Assembly: GCA_964035575.1 (NCBI GenBank) | Contig: OZ037836.1 | Span: 1,612,001-1,676,000 of the forward strand | Reading direction: 5' to 3' | From: Rhynchopus sp. YZ270_cl-10 | Lineage: Eukaryota | DNA length: 64,000 bases | Notes under the pieces: model-generated | The model's input: the letters and a program-made list of their open reading frames with translations, nothing else | What the model was told of the DNA's origin: nothing | Database searches by the model: none | Made by a program: the position numbers and the translations under genes | Part shown: positions 44,397 through 58,000 of the stretch, in pieces | Numbering within the stretch: position 1 is the first letter of the stretch | Layout: every line of letters starts with the position of its first letter

Positions 44397-46034
44397 TGCT
44401 TTTCGTCTGTGTTTTACGGGGTGGAGGAAGAATTGTGTGGGGAACGGATCCTCGGGTGTCTGTACTGCCGCAATCAAGCTTTCAAACAACAAAAAAAAAA
44501 CGAAATGGACAAAAAAAAAGTGGAGATTGTGCACACCTGTGGCAGCACAACCGAGGCAACTACACTAATTCAACATTTTATCAAAACAAAGCAAAAAAAG
44601 AAAAAATGCTGCGTGGAGTTCACACGAGAAAAAAGCGAGGTGTCTACACGTCATCAATTTTTCAAAAAAAAGCAAAACGAGACAGAGACAAAAGAAAAAG
44701 GAAAAAGAGGAAAAAGAAAAAGGCAAACTCAAAAACAAAAAAAAGTATACATTTTCAAAGGTGACTAAGCACGAAAGGCTTAGGGTCATCTTACAAACCT
44801 TTTTTTTCTCCAACTCTTTTTAGTGCCTTTGTCTTGTCATTTTATCACATCATGTCGTAATTGGGCACGAGGGCCAACTAACCAAGCAAAGTTTCGGGTG
44901 GGAGGGGATGGGCGTGAGGGTGGTACATTATTTTATAGCCATGTACTTTGTATGTTTTTTGTTTTTTTTTTTGTTTTTTTTTTTTTTTGCGGGGGGTTTT
45001 TTTTTGTTAAAAGGTGGCAAACGAAAGACTTAATGGTGTACTGGGAATTTGGTCGATGACCTGTCAAAATAGGGGTGCATATTAAAACAAAGAAAAATCT
45101 GTACAGTACAGTACAGTGTGTGCGTGAGTCACAGTTTTTTGAACAAGATAAAACAAAAAAGCTTGCGTTTCTTTTATCAAACAGATTTTATTCTCCGCCC
45201 CGTACCCAAAAACCTAAACACTTTCAATCGGAAAAAAAAAAATTTCCTCTCCTTTTTTTCTTCCACACGCGCTGGTTTTTTTGTGTTTGCTCTTTTTTTA
45301 TCAAAAGCTTTGCTTTTACAAACAGGTGCAGGGTGGTTCCGTGCATATCGGAGAACCTGGCACCTTTGTGTGTCTCCCAAAAAACCAAAAAGCGTTGTGT
45401 GTGAAGTTTTGAAGGGAGCATAATTTATTTACTTTCGAACAACAGTCACCCAAGGCAATTCCCCTCATTTTACGGTTTTCCCCCCGAGTGTGTTTTATCA
45501 GAAAATGCAGATTGGATCATTCAAAAAAAAAGCGGAAAAAAAGTGAAAAAAGGGATTGCAAATGCTTTGCATACTAATCTTTCGCAGCTCTATCAAGGCT
45601 ATTTATCGGTTTTCCCCTCCCTCTCCCCTTCCCCCCTTTTTGCACCTTATTGATTGCATATGATGAAAATACCCTTTCTGTTGGTTGGCCGCAGGGTACT
45701 TTTGTGCTTTTTATCCGGATGGTTGGCATTGAACGGTGGGTGAGTTGGGGGGGGATGCCTGCAATGCTGTAAATACCCTCTTAACTAATCTCCTCGTAAC
45801 TACATTCTGTACTAGGCTCTTTCTACTCTGCTGTAAGATGCTGAATGTTATCAAAAGGCTTGCTAAGCAACGGGCTTAGGTTCATCTGATATAATTTTTT
45901 TTTACTTTTTTTCTTTGTGATTTAATTCAGCACAAAATACCCCGAAGGGAAAAATCTGAGGCAACACCCACCACACTTTCCTTGCAGGCAACAGCACACC
46001 TCTGTGCAGTGCAGTCTTGCGTGCACAACACAAC

Positions 46035-46930
46035 ATGGCAAACCTTGTGTACGAGCTCGAACGTCTTGCCGCCCTCCGAGACCGTGGCATGCTATCTGAA
46101 GAGGAGTTCGTGTGGACAAAGTCTGCAGTGATCCGTATGTACTTCAGCTCTTTCCATCTTAGTAAACACACAGTATATGACAACATGCTCGAGACCCTCT
46201 TGAAAAATCGTGGAAGGCGAGCAACCTTTCTTTCCCGTTTATAGTCTTATTTTTGATAAAAAAAGTACTAAAAAAGAAAGGCCCGAGAGATCAGAGGCCT
46301 TTTTCGTGAGTAACTTTTTGAACAGTGGAGATTTTGCACAAACACTGTGGGCAACACACCCGAGGCAACTACACTACTCCAACAATTTGTCAAAAAATAA
46401 TGAGAATATAATTTCACCACCACCACCTAGGCTGCTCCGGTGGGTTTAAGTTCGGCGACGGCGACGACATGCCTTTTGGTGCCGCACGCCCCGCAACCAA
46501 CGCAACACAACAACGTGCACCTGCCCCGACAGGCGCACCACCCCCTGCACCAGCACCAGCACCGACACCGGCACCAGCGGCACAGACGACCCCCAGCATC
46601 ACTGCACCACAGGCTGTTGAAGATGCCTTCGCGTCAGGCGCGATACCTATGGAAGCTTTGGCGGGGTTGGCAAACATCAGAAGGCTTGTTGCGCAGGAGC
46701 AGGAGGAAGAGGAGCAAGGCAGAGGGGCGCAGGAAGGCGAGAGCGGCGAAAGCGAGGTGGACCCGAGTGGCCTCGGGTTTGCTTCTGTGCTCGCTGGGCT
46801 GAAGGATGCTAAGGATTTGCACGTAAACCTGATGCGAGCAGCTGCCGAAGGGCAAGATGAGCAAGTACGGGAGCTCCTTCATAGGCAAGCACACACCAGT
46901 TCACGCAGGGCAGTGACCCCGCCGTTGTGA
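46035..46930 (+). CDS. SHOCT-domain protein (2 exons: 46035-46134, 46431-46930)
   Basis: ELERLAALRDRGMLSEEEFVWTKSAVI is SHOCT-like; the GTATGT...CCTAG intron keeps the frame. Confidence 0.65.
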
Positions 46931-47904
46931 AGTGCAGTGGGGAGAGGGGGAGGTGAGGGGATGACTTAATACCTTTTGTCGGGAGCTGTGGGAAGACGCC
47001 AAGGAGGGAGAAAGGAATAGGATTCTGTTTCAGTGCAAAAAGCGGGGTAGACAAAAGTTGAGCACAAAAAAAAAAAGCTCCGAAGTCGGTAGATGATGGC
47101 TTGACGCAAAAAAAAGAATAAAAAAATGTGGAGCATTCCTCGAGTGTCTCCACTAAATACAAAACCAAGTTTTCAAAAAAAAGAAAAGTATTCTGGGACA
47201 AAACTGGGATGCCCCGAAAATAGGGATTTTTTGTCCCTATTTCTGTTGAAGAATTATTCAATAACAAAAAAAATTTTTTTACTGTAAATTACAACAGTAT
47301 GGGCAACACACCCTCGGGTGGCTTGTTGCTATTAACCTATATTTCAACGCAATTAAGAGAAAAAAAGAAAAGACTGTTCTAAGGAACACTACCCCCTTTC
47401 TCCCTCTAAGTGTCCCAATCCCTGTCTCCAATACACCTCGCTGAGTAGCCTATTGTCCCATCAGGCATCTTATGTTCCGCAAACCCCGCAAAAATATTTT
47501 TGCAACTGACACGCTGAAGAGGCCCTGGCCAATCATGGAGTGTTAGTGGAAGCGTGCAATGCAACAAACGGTCGAGATCTTATCAAAAAGCGGAACGGTG
47601 ATGTTTTATCACACACCACTTCCCCTTCCCGCCCTACAGATAATACAGAAATCTGTTTTTGTCCCCAGACTGCCCCCCTGTTTTGGATACGGAGTGCCTT
47701 TTGTTTTAAATAAAAAGTAATTTATTGCTTTAATCATTTCAAAAAAAAATATTTATTTATCAAAAACCCCCACCCTACAGATTCTCCTCCTCCTCCTCCC
47801 CACACACACACGCACGCACCTTCTCTCCCTACCCCCCCCCCCCCTACCCCCTCCCTTATTGGAGTTTACGGACTGTCCCATATCCTTTCAGTACAGCTCA
47901 GAGG

Positions 47905-49713
47905 ATGCGGTGTTGTGCGTGCTTGGAACGGGCCTTCACAATGGATGGCACTGCAAGCGACGAAGACATGAAGGCGCGGCGTCTCTTCTTTGTGATAATG
48001 GCGATCTCAGGGTCGCTCTCCTTCATCGACATTGCGCTGAACTACAAGGCTTTGGAAGAGCGCTACATACACCAGGTCTCGTACCTGCTGTACCTCCCCG
48101 CCAGTGTATACGGAATGATCTTGATCCTTTTCAAGCGCCCCTTGACGAATACCGTTATGGTCGGCACGGCGTACCTCGTTGCCGCCAGTGTCCTTTTGGT
48201 TGACCTCTCTGCGCGCACGCTTGGCAACACTTTCTGGCCTTCGTTGGTCTTAATCGTAGACTTTCTCTTGGTAATGAAGGTCGCCACGAGGCACAGTTTT
48301 ATTATCGTTTGCACAACAGTCTTCTGGATTTTGTTATTAGGACTGGAGGAGACGTATCGATTTGGGTTATTTGACATTCCAGGCATGCCGGTACAAGATG
48401 GAGAGTTTGGACGGCGGAAATTCTACACTGTGCTGCTATCTTGCGAGCGACCCCCCTGCGCAAATAATACTCTTGGAAAACTGGCAACACCGTTGAGCGT
48501 TTTTGTGATCGATTTTATTGCGACAAGGGGATTTGCGAGGGAGGTGCTGAAGGAGCAGGCGTCCATGGAGAAGACGATAAACATTGTGCAGGTCATTGCG
48601 TCGTTGCTGGGGCAGTACGACGTGGAAGGGGTAGCGAACCTGCTTGCATTGCACGAATCTGATTTGCCAGCAGAAATGACATCCGCACTCCGCCGCTTGG
48701 AACAAAACCTTCGCATTTACAAATCATACCTCCCAAAGACGTGCCTGCCATTTGACAAAGAGGTCCCCGCAGAGGAAGAGCGCGACTGTGAAGAAGACTC
48801 CTCGATAGCCTCTCGCGTGTCCTCTTCCGTTTCGAGCAGCGTGCTTCGCGCGCAAACCACGCGCACCGTCCTCCCCCCCATCGGACTAACAACAGTAAAA
48901 GCAACGTTGTTGACATTAAACATAAAGGATACATTCTCTATGCTGGAAGGCAATGCGGCGCGGTTTTCAGAGTTTTTTGGTGCGATCGTGCTTCGCGCAC
49001 TGCGCGCAACAGAACCACGTAGAGGAATGGTCGATGTGTTCGTCGGTGATAGGGTACATTGCTCATTCAATGCGTCCCGTCTCTGCGCCAACCACGCCTC
49101 GTCAGCACTCCACACTGTATTAATCCTGCAGGATCAAAAGGCCATAGAAGCGGACGTCAATATGGGTGTCGCAACAGGAAACGTGCTGCGTGGTGATATG
49201 GGATGTGACGGAATGCGTCGCTTCAGCATGGTAGGTCCTCTGGTACGTGATGTACACGGTATGGAGAGGGCAGGGCGGGCGCTTGGGTGCAACGTTGTGT
49301 GTAATAGAATGTGCTTTTCGGACGCAGATTGTGAACATCAGTTACGTCTTCTGCCGTGCAGGGTGGAGGTCGACAATGGATGCCACCCGGAGCACGTCGG
49401 GGAGCTCCTGCCACATGCCTCTGCTTCAGCTTCTGCTGCGGAAGAATGGATGTACACAATAGGAGGGAAAAGCGATTGGGAGACGTACAACATAGTGGTG
49501 CGGAAGTACCTCAAAGGCAAAGCGTCTGCAGAGGATGTTATCGACGCTGCCGCTCAAGGTGCCTGCGCTAATACACCCCTCAACGTTGTGCCCGGGTCGG
49601 TAAAGGGGGACCTCCTCTGTCTGCCGGTGCGCACAGCGCGTCCACAACCGCTGCCCTTAACAGACGCGTCAGTATCGGTTATCACCCCGTACGACAATGA
49701 GGTGAAGAAGTAG
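47905..49713 (+). CDS. Multi-pass membrane protein with class III adenylate/guanylate cyclase-like domain
   Basis: About 6 hydrophobic helices, then GMVDVFVGDRVHCSFNA and MGVATGNVLRGDMG...FSMVG motifs. Several canonical catalytic positions look degenerate. Confidence 0.75.
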   Translation: MRCCACLERAFTMDGTASDEDMKARRLFFVIMAISGSLSFIDIALNYKALEERYIHQVSYLLYLPASVYGMILILFKRPLTNTVMVGTAYLVAASVLLVDLSARTLGNTFWPSLVLIVDFLLVMKVATRHSFIIVCTTVFWILLLGLEETYRFGLFDIPGMPVQDGEFGRRKFYTVLLSCERPPCANNTLGKLATPLSVFVIDFIATRGFAREVLKEQASMEKTINIVQVIASLLGQYDVEGVANLLALHESDLPAEMTSALRRLEQNLRIYKSYLPKTCLPFDKEVPAEEERDCEEDSSIASRVSSSVSSSVLRAQTTRTVLPPIGLTTVKATLLTLNIKDTFSMLEGNAARFSEFFGAIVLRALRATEPRRGMVDVFVGDRVHCSFNASRLCANHASSALHTVLILQDQKAIEADVNMGVATGNVLRGDMGCDGMRRFSMVGPLVRDVHGMERAGRALGCNVVCNRMCFSDADCEHQLRLLPCRVEVDNGCHPEHVGELLPHASASASAAEEWMYTIGGKSDWETYNIVVRKYLKGKASAEDVIDAAAQGACANTPLNVVPGSVKGDLLCLPVRTARPQPLPLTDASVSVITPYDNEVKK

Positions 49714-51976
49714 ATGGCCTAGAGATCGCTTTGAAGAAGGGGATGGGTAAAGAGAAAATAGTAAAAAGTTTCAGTTTTTTTTTTTTCAGCTCAGATGTAA
49801 ACGGAGTGTAAACTTTTTCTATGTTTTTGCAAAAAACATCCAAAAAAAAAAAACAAGTAATTGCTATCGGAAAAAAAACGGGGTGTGCTGTGGTTATGGG
49901 GGGACCCACACTCCTGAACACCACCCTGTAGAAATAATCTACACTCTGCTCTTCTGCAGGTATGCGAAAACGTTGCCACAACCACTGGGACGCCTGCACT
50001 TGAAACGTTCAAGAACGGGGGCTGTCATCCTCAGACCCCTCTTCATCTAGCACCATTTGCTCGATCGATGGTCGGCGTGTTCCAGCTCGTTGTCGTCCAC
50101 AGCCTCCCACTCATCGTCGTCGCCGGAGGAGGAGTGCGCAAGGAACACAGACGACGAACTGTCGTCGATCACACCATGCGCATCAGCACCACCAGCAAAG
50201 CGCCAGGCTGCTATGTTGGTTTCGAAAATCGCGCGGAGTTTCCCACAGCACACCTCGTTCTTTTTCTTAGCAATTCCTTGTTTTATTGTTGTTGTTTTCC
50301 ACACACCTTCCTTCAACCCTTGTAGGATCAGTTGTTATTTTTTTCTAGTCCAGAAAACTTGGAATTACACATTTCAAGAGAACAAATTAAAAAGGGTCCT
50401 TATTTGCGTTTTTGGGCTCCGCCCGTGCAGTGGTGGGGTCAATCTCGAAAATTGGACAAATTTTTGACCACTTAAATTTTGAGAAATATGAGCCCGGTTC
50501 CTTATACGTGGGGCCCATTTTTGGCCAAAATTTTCCTCAAAATCCGGGTTTGTAATATTGACCCTTTACTCCCCCCCCCACATCGATTTCAATACTATAC
50601 CTTACTTCACCTACGGTTACCCTTACAGGGGGGGTGAAGGAAGGTAGGTTGAAAAAGAAGCAAGGAACCTGGGTACATTTTTCGCACCCTCTTTGCTTTC
50701 TTTTGGTTTAGAAAAGAAAGCATAATGAAATAATATTAGACCTAAACGAAATGAATGTGGGACAGCATGGTTGGGGTGTCCACCCCCGGGTCATTGTACC
50801 AAAGGTACACTGTTCACGAGGGGGCTTTGTATTTAAACTCTGTATTATATCATCAATACAAAAAAAAGAAAGGGGTTTTTTTTTGAAAGTGGAGAATTGC
50901 ACCAACTGTGGCAACACGACCGAGGCAAACGACAGTACCCCAACAGTGTTTGCACCCAAGGTGGGGACACACATTTTTTGTATGATATCTCAAATACGCC
51001 ACCCAAGAATTTTTTTTTTACTTTTGAGCATCTCCTTCCGTTTAGGCTATTTTCTTCATATGCAGCATTTTCAACAGAATGAGTGGAAATAAAAAGTCAA
51101 GAAAATTTCAGGATTTTCAAAAGTCTGGCAGAGCCAACCCTGTACACCTTCTTATCCCCCCTTTTTTTTCCCCCCTTCTTCTTTACCCCGTTCCTCTCCC
51201 CTCAGGCCTGCGGGGGCTCCCTGTTTACATAGACGGGCCACGCACACCGTTCTGGGGGTTTGTAATAATTGTTGAAAGTGTTCTTATTATGTTCTGTTAA
51301 TGTTCTGCTCTGTATATGGGGCTGTCTGATAGGTGATCTTTTCAATTCAAGATGCTGTGCGATAACGAATATGATAAGGTGACTAAGCACGAGAGGCTTA
51401 GGATCATCTTATAAACTTTTCTTTCAAGTGTTCCTTCCCTCTGCATACTACACAAAAATAAAGATGGGAACATTTTTATGGATCCCTCCTCCGATGCTAT
51501 CAATTGATTGCATAATATTATCCACCTGATTTTATAAAGATTTTTACCCCGTATAGGCTCGCATAGGCCCGTATAGGCCAAACCCCACCCATTTCCCCCA
51601 GCCTTTGCGCCTTTACGCGCCTTTACGCGCTATACGCGGGGTAAAAAATCAGGTGGATTATATTGAAATGCCTTCCTCTACGTTTTGTTCTTTTCTGTTT
51701 TGCTTACACAACGTTATGTAGAAGCGTGCATGATGACCGCCAACAGTGCTAACTGTATGGGGTTAGTACCATGCCGTGGCCTAGGGTTTTTTTTCAAAAG
51801 CTCTATCAGGACCTCGGTGCTGCATCCCCACCCACCCACCCACCCACTCCGTGCTTAGAGGAGCTTTAATAGTGTGGAAAAATATTGGAAAAAAGAAAAA
51901 AAAAATGCCCAACTCTCTTTGCCCCTTTGTCCCTAATTTTTAAATCAGATGTTAACCTCGAAATGAATGGGCTGCG

Positions 51977-52905
51977 GCTTTGCTGTGCTTGGGGTGTTTG
52001 GGGTGCTTGGGGTGTGGAGTCAACTCTTGTGCTGTGCTGGAGGAAGGGGTGTGGGAGGTGGAGGTGCACAGTGTTGTGAGTGTGGGGGGGGTTTTGGGTG
52101 TGGCGCTTCCCTCGATCCTTTGTGGTGATGATGGGAGGGGAAGCTGTGTCTGGCGGTGGGGTGCTTTCGTGCATTTGTCTGGCACCTCAGCTTGTCTGTG
52201 GTTGCAGCACGAGAGCACCTTTGGCGTTCTTCCTTGCGTGGGGTGGGTGGAGACAGCGTGGAGGCTGAAGGGCAAACACCACATACTCCAAGACACCATG
52301 CAGCGAAGGTTCGCAGCCACCTTCTGCACACGACGTCCTTCCTTCACCGCACACACCCTCAACACCAATCCGCATACCTTCATCACTCCTCCCTTGGGGC
52401 ACAGCTTCTCCGAGGTGACCGTCCATTTGTGCTCCTGCGACAGCACTTTCAGTACCCAGTGCGCTTCCTTCGCGAGACCCTCGCACAGTCGCTGGCATGC
52501 CGTGTTTGGTGGTATCCCACCTAGGTCGTACCGGTGCCCCGTGTGATGTTCATCCTTCACCCATAACCTTCGCAGCTTCCATGTGTCCCTTCATCACCCT
52601 CGTCTCGTTGTCACCTTCTCCTACGGCGAGTCTGCATGCTGTCCGCCAGGTTTTCCTCCGCCAGATCCAGCCGTGCCGGCAGCTCTGCGTTCCACGCAGT
52701 CCCTGTGCTACGTCGCCTGGCAGCAGTGGTGTACGAACGCCCTTTCCCGTCCACTGCTCTGCAGCATGGTTCACACCATGTCCTCCGTCACGTCCACAAA
52801 CATCTCGATTCATCCGTCTTCCAACGTTTTGCAGCCGCACCGTCCCTGCAACCCGTACCACCGGTTTCTTGTGCAGAACGGGGCAGGTAACGGTGCGTGA
52901 GAGGG
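51977..52905 (-). mobile_element. Composite relic: repeat shared with ~4828-5160 plus an inverted degenerate ORF1 fragment (~52310-52860)
   Basis: Minus strand encodes HRYDLGGIPPNTACQRLCEGLAKEAHWVLKVLSQEHKWTVTS...CAVKEGRRVQKV, homologous to ORF1 at ~24300-24890. Confidence 0.8.
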
Positions 52906-53132
52906 GCAGGGGAAGGTGGGTTTGCTTTCGTGAGGAGGGAACGTCTGTGAAGGGCGCTGGTTCAGGGAGAGGGGGTGGAGAGGTGAGAGATCTGAAGTCG
53001 GGGGTTGTGGGTCGGGGAGAGGGGCCCTTCGCACAGTTTTTTTTGGCAAGGTTCTTGAAAAGGACTGCAGGCTTGTTGTGCTTCACCCCACCACCACACA
53101 CAGAGATCAGAACACAAAACCACAACAAACAA

Positions 53133-54182
53133 ATGGACGTGCACTTCGAGGATTTCAGAGCGAACCAGCACACAGTCGAGGTGGGTGAAGATGACACAGT
53201 GGAGGACTTGCGGCGGAAGGTGGCGACTGCAATGGGGTTGCCTGAAGACAGCTTTTGCATGAGTTTCGGAGACGAAGCGATGGGAGAAGGAGCGGACATG
53301 ACGCAGCTGAGTGCTGGTGACACAATCATCCTGACGAAGACGAAGTTGCAGAAGTACGAAGCCATTGCAGAGCTTCATGCGTTGGGTGTGACCGACATCA
53401 CAGCTGACAAGTTGTACAGTGTAGAGGATCCTGTGGTGGCGTGTTTGCTTCTGCAGGCGGAAGTTGCGACTGTCATTCCGATTGGGTTCTTGAGGGAGTC
53501 ATTGTTGACGCGCCTTGATCTCAGTGCTGAGTCCATTGTGACACAGATTGGAGACAACTTCCTCCAGGAGTGCACCTCGTTGACAAGTATCGACCTCTCT
53601 GGGTTGAGCAATGTGGCGCGGATTGGCAGTAGCTTTCTTGACGGCTGTAAATCTTTAACCACCCTGGATCTCACACCACTCAACAACGTTACGAGGATTG
53701 AGGATTACTTTCTTTACTACTGCGAAGCTTTAACCAACCTGGATCTGAAACCACTCAACAATGTGACGGTGATTGGCAGTTGTTTTCTTTGCGGCTGCTA
53801 CTCGTTAACCCTGGATCTGACACCACTCAACAACGTTACGAGGATTGAGAATTACTTTCTTTCCGACTGCAACACTTTAACCAACTTGGATCTGACACCA
53901 CTTAACAACGTTACGAGAATTGAGGATTACTTTCTTTCCGACTGCGACTCTTTAACCACCCTGGATCTCTCACCACTGAGCAAGGTTGAGTATGTAGGTT
54001 TGTCTTTTGCTGAGAACTGCACTTCGTTGACGAGTATTTACCTTTCCGGCTGCAGCAGTGTTGTGTCCAACGAAGTGAGGATTAGCGAGGAGCTGAGGCA
54101 TCTTGTGGTCGAAGCACGTCCGAAACGAAGCAGAGACGAATCCCCCGAGCAAGCACACAAGCGACAGAGACACACACAATGA
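53133..54182 (+). CDS. Ubl-LRR-NLS protein, copy F (7 LRRs, 349 aa)
   Basis: Intact paralogue; homology to the array starts only ~50 bp upstream of the ATG. Confidence 0.9.
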   Translation: MDVHFEDFRANQHTVEVGEDDTVEDLRRKVATAMGLPEDSFCMSFGDEAMGEGADMTQLSAGDTIILTKTKLQKYEAIAELHALGVTDITADKLYSVEDPVVACLLLQAEVATVIPIGFLRESLLTRLDLSAESIVTQIGDNFLQECTSLTSIDLSGLSNVARIGSSFLDGCKSLTTLDLTPLNNVTRIEDYFLYYCEALTNLDLKPLNNVTVIGSCFLCGCYSLTLDLTPLNNVTRIENYFLSDCNTLTNLDLTPLNNVTRIEDYFLSDCDSLTTLDLSPLSKVEYVGLSFAENCTSLTSIYLSGCSSVVSNEVRISEELRHLVVEARPKRSRDESPEQAHKRQRHTQ

Positions 54183-55091
54183 CGACGTGGTGTGCTGGTG
54201 GGAGGGATAAAGGGTGGTGAAGGTAGCTAGGGGGTCTGTCACGGAAGCGGACCGGGGATTGGATTAGAGAAGAAAAAGGACATTGTTGCACAGTGTCCTT
54301 GAGTCAACGACGATGATGGCGTTTGTCCAGTTGTCCAGTTAGTTTGGTTTTTTGGTACCATTTGGTACACCATTTTTTTTTTTTTTGGGGGGGGGGGGGG
54401 GTTTTTTTTCCCCCAGGGGTACGTAGTGTATCCCTTGACACCGCCTGTGGGAACCCCTGTTGTCCGAGCATGCAAAACGTCTGGAAATGAAAGACGCCTT
54501 TCTTCGGTTGTCATGAGTTTTACCGTTTTCCCCTTCCCCCCATTTTGTGCTCCACCTCCTCCGGTACTTCAGGACGCGGGTTTGCGGGGGGTTTTTTTGG
54601 GTTTTGTTTTTTGGGTCTTTTGGGGTATAAAAAAAAGGATGGATGCGATCAACAAACAACAAACAACGAATAAATAAAGAAGGGGTGGGGGAGGTTTTCA
54701 TTTCTGTTTCCCATTCTTGAACGATGTTCACACTGTTGATGAGAGAAGCCCCCTTTTCAAAAGTAGTGTCATGCCGCCTTCTATACCCCACCGTATACTA
54801 CACTACTTGGCCACTGCCAGGTATACACGACGGTTGAAGTACATGACATGACGTGACATACTCTTGGTTCGCACACGTCCACGCCAACAATTCAGGACCC
54901 GCTTCTTTTCCTTGCATCACAGCTGCATTCTGCCATCTCATGTACTTCACTGTCATCCATAGGGGCACGCACCCCCCTCCCCACTCACCGACTCCCCCTC
55001 CCCTCACAGCCACCCTACGACAGCATTCACCCCTCCCCCCTCCCCCCTCGCCCTTCCCTTCTTCGCCACACCTTTCACCCCAAGCCTCTCC

Positions 55092-58000
55092 ATGGCCCTC
55101 CCACCTATTGGCAGCACTTCCTTTGAGGATCTGCTGCAGAAGCACACGGCACACCGCGCACTGTCGAAGGAGTACCTGCCGCTGTTGTACGGGAACAGCG
55201 AGGGTGTCACGCGTCTGGAGCTTGCGGGGAGCGGTGTGACGGACGCAGCAGCCACATCTATCGCAGATGCACTACGGCGGAACACATGCGTGGTCCACGT
55301 GGACTTAGCGGACAATGCCTTTTCGACGGACGGCTGCACATCGTTGGGCGCGATGCTCAGTGCAAATCAGAGCATCACAAGCCTCGACCTCCACAACAAC
55401 GCAATCACCGATGAAGGTGTTGCAGCGCTCCACCGCGCCCTGGACACAAACACGACACTTAAATCCATTGACATCAGCAACTGCACTTCCGTCAGCGATG
55501 CTGCTGCCGAAGAACTGCAAATCACCGTGGCCCTGAACAGCCGCCCCGACTCCTTGAAACGCGCGCTACGTGACATCCGCGAACGCAACGTAGCCTTGGT
55601 AGACCTCAGCTACGACACCGACTCGCAATTCCGCGATTTCGAACACAACCCCGACACCAAATTGGACTGCTGGGCTGCCTGCCGTCTTGCAGACGCACTC
55701 TCCGGCTGTACCTCCGTACGCACACTCCGTCTCTGCAACCAGCAGATCGGCGACGTAGGTGCCATCGCCATGGCAACCATGCTCATCCACAACCAACGCA
55801 TCGATGTGATCGACCTCTTCTGCAACATCATCACCAACACTGGCGTCGAGGCCTTGATACAGTGCATCGATACCAACAACATTGTCACCGTTATCAACAT
55901 AAAGTCGAACTGTGCATCCGACGCAGCAGGCCACGCTCTCGAGAGGAAGCTAGTCCTCAACCGGCAGCCCCTCTTTCTGAAGAAGTACCTCCCCAAGCTT
56001 CGTGACAACGACCCAGATGTCGTCTTCCTGCACCTAGACGAACACAATGCGTGTCGCTACTATGATGACATATCGGCAAAGCTGCTGTCAGAAGTGCTGC
56101 CCAAGAACACACACCTGACAGCATTGGATCTGAGCAACAACCACCTGACAGAAGTGGGCGCACACTTCCTCTCCGACGCGTTGAAGACAAATACAGGGCT
56201 GAAGACGATCAACTTCTCAAACAACACCATTGGCAGTGCAGGCGCACAGCATTTGAGCGAGGCCTTGAAGTGTTCTGATACGATAATGTGCCTGCAGCTG
56301 ATCAACACAGGCATCGACGACATTGGTGGGCAAAGCCTTGCTGCAGCCGCAGCTGAGTCGTCTTCACTTACGAAGCTTGATTTGTCCGACAATCCTGACA
56401 TCTGCGAATCCGGCGCACACTTCGTCAAAGCAGTGCAAACCAACCAGCTGAAGGAGCTCAACCTGAAGGGAACACGGGTGTCAAAAATAACCCTTCGGGC
56501 TCTGCGTGACTGTAGGGCTGTTGCGTCCGAACCTCCAGCACTGCGGTCGATTGTTGCAAAGCTGCATCGTGGCGACGCAGCCTTAACCACAGTAAGCCTC
56601 AAAGGGAAGAAGGACGAGTTTGCACTGAAGGATTCGTCAGCAAGCGTTCTGGGCGCAATTCTGCAGGAAAGCTATGTGCTCACGGATCTGGACCTTTCGT
56701 GGAACCTCATCACCAAAAAGGGGGTCCGCCCCCTCTGCGACGGCCTGTTAGTGAACAAATACACCCTGAAGAGACTGTCGCTTGCGGGGAACAATGGTCT
56801 CGATTACGAGGCTGCCAAGATGCTGGTAGAGGTGCTGGAGCAGCATATGGCCTTGGCCTCGCTTGACCTCAGTCACAACCACCTCCTAGACGGCGGGGGC
56901 AAGGTGCTGTACGAATTTTTGAAAAATTCCCCAACCGGCCCGCTCACAGAACTGGACGTTTCGCACAACAAAATGGAACCAGCCTTGGAGCTCAGCCTGC
57001 TTACCTTGGTGGAAAGCCATAAATGTTTGCCAGAGGTGAAACAATTTTTGGTTGAATTCGTTGAAGGGAAGATTCCGCCGGGGGTTCTAAATATGGACTT
57101 AATTCAGAACGTGACGGACCCGGATATTAATGAAAATGTGTTCAACGCAACGGCGCACGCAGTCTCGATTGCGTTGGGGAATTCGCAGAAATTTCATGCC
57201 ATTTCCTGCAAAGGGAACCGGCTTGGAGACAAAGGCGCGCTGCACCTTGTGGAGCTGTTCAAGAGAAACCCCGCCCTGCTTTCATTGGACCTGAGTAACA
57301 ACCGGATTACCGACGTTGGCGTGATCGAGATAATAAATATGATTGAAGTCCGCCCCGAGGTCCGTTCCATCGCTATTACAGGTGTGGCTTTTGTTGTCAT
57401 TACGAATATGATAAGGTGACTAAGCACGAGAGGCTTAGGATCATCTTTATAAACTTTTTTTATTTCATCGTACGTGAGTCAGTCGGAGGGGCCTTGCAGT
57501 GTTGCCTGCATTATTTTTTTGGGTGCACAATAAAACCAGTTAAAAACTGGTGTGATTTCCCCCAAAATTAGGTGTAAATTGGGACTTCTTAGGTCCTTCT
57601 AGGGTATACACTAGCCCTTTTTAATCAGAGAGAGCCACTCCTCACCAAAACAGGTCGAGGTGTTGTACGTTTCACCACAACCTCTTCCCCCATGGGTTTT
57701 ATCGTGTGATGAGTGTTACGTTTCTATTTTTTTTTTTTGTTTTTTTGGGGAAAATTGCAACCGAAATTACAGGAAATAAATACGTCTCCCCAGAAGCGCA
57801 TCAACGCCTGCAGTACACCCTGCGGTTTCACAACCAGCCGGAAACGCTCAAAAAGCTGCTTCGCGACATACAACGCAACTCACCTTCGTACACTGTGATC
57901 GACTGTGCGGACTGCTCCTCGGGGGACCTGGTCACAGATCTTCAGGTCGACTACATCTGCGAAGCCTTAGTCAAAAACGACTACGTCCAGGTCCTCAAGC

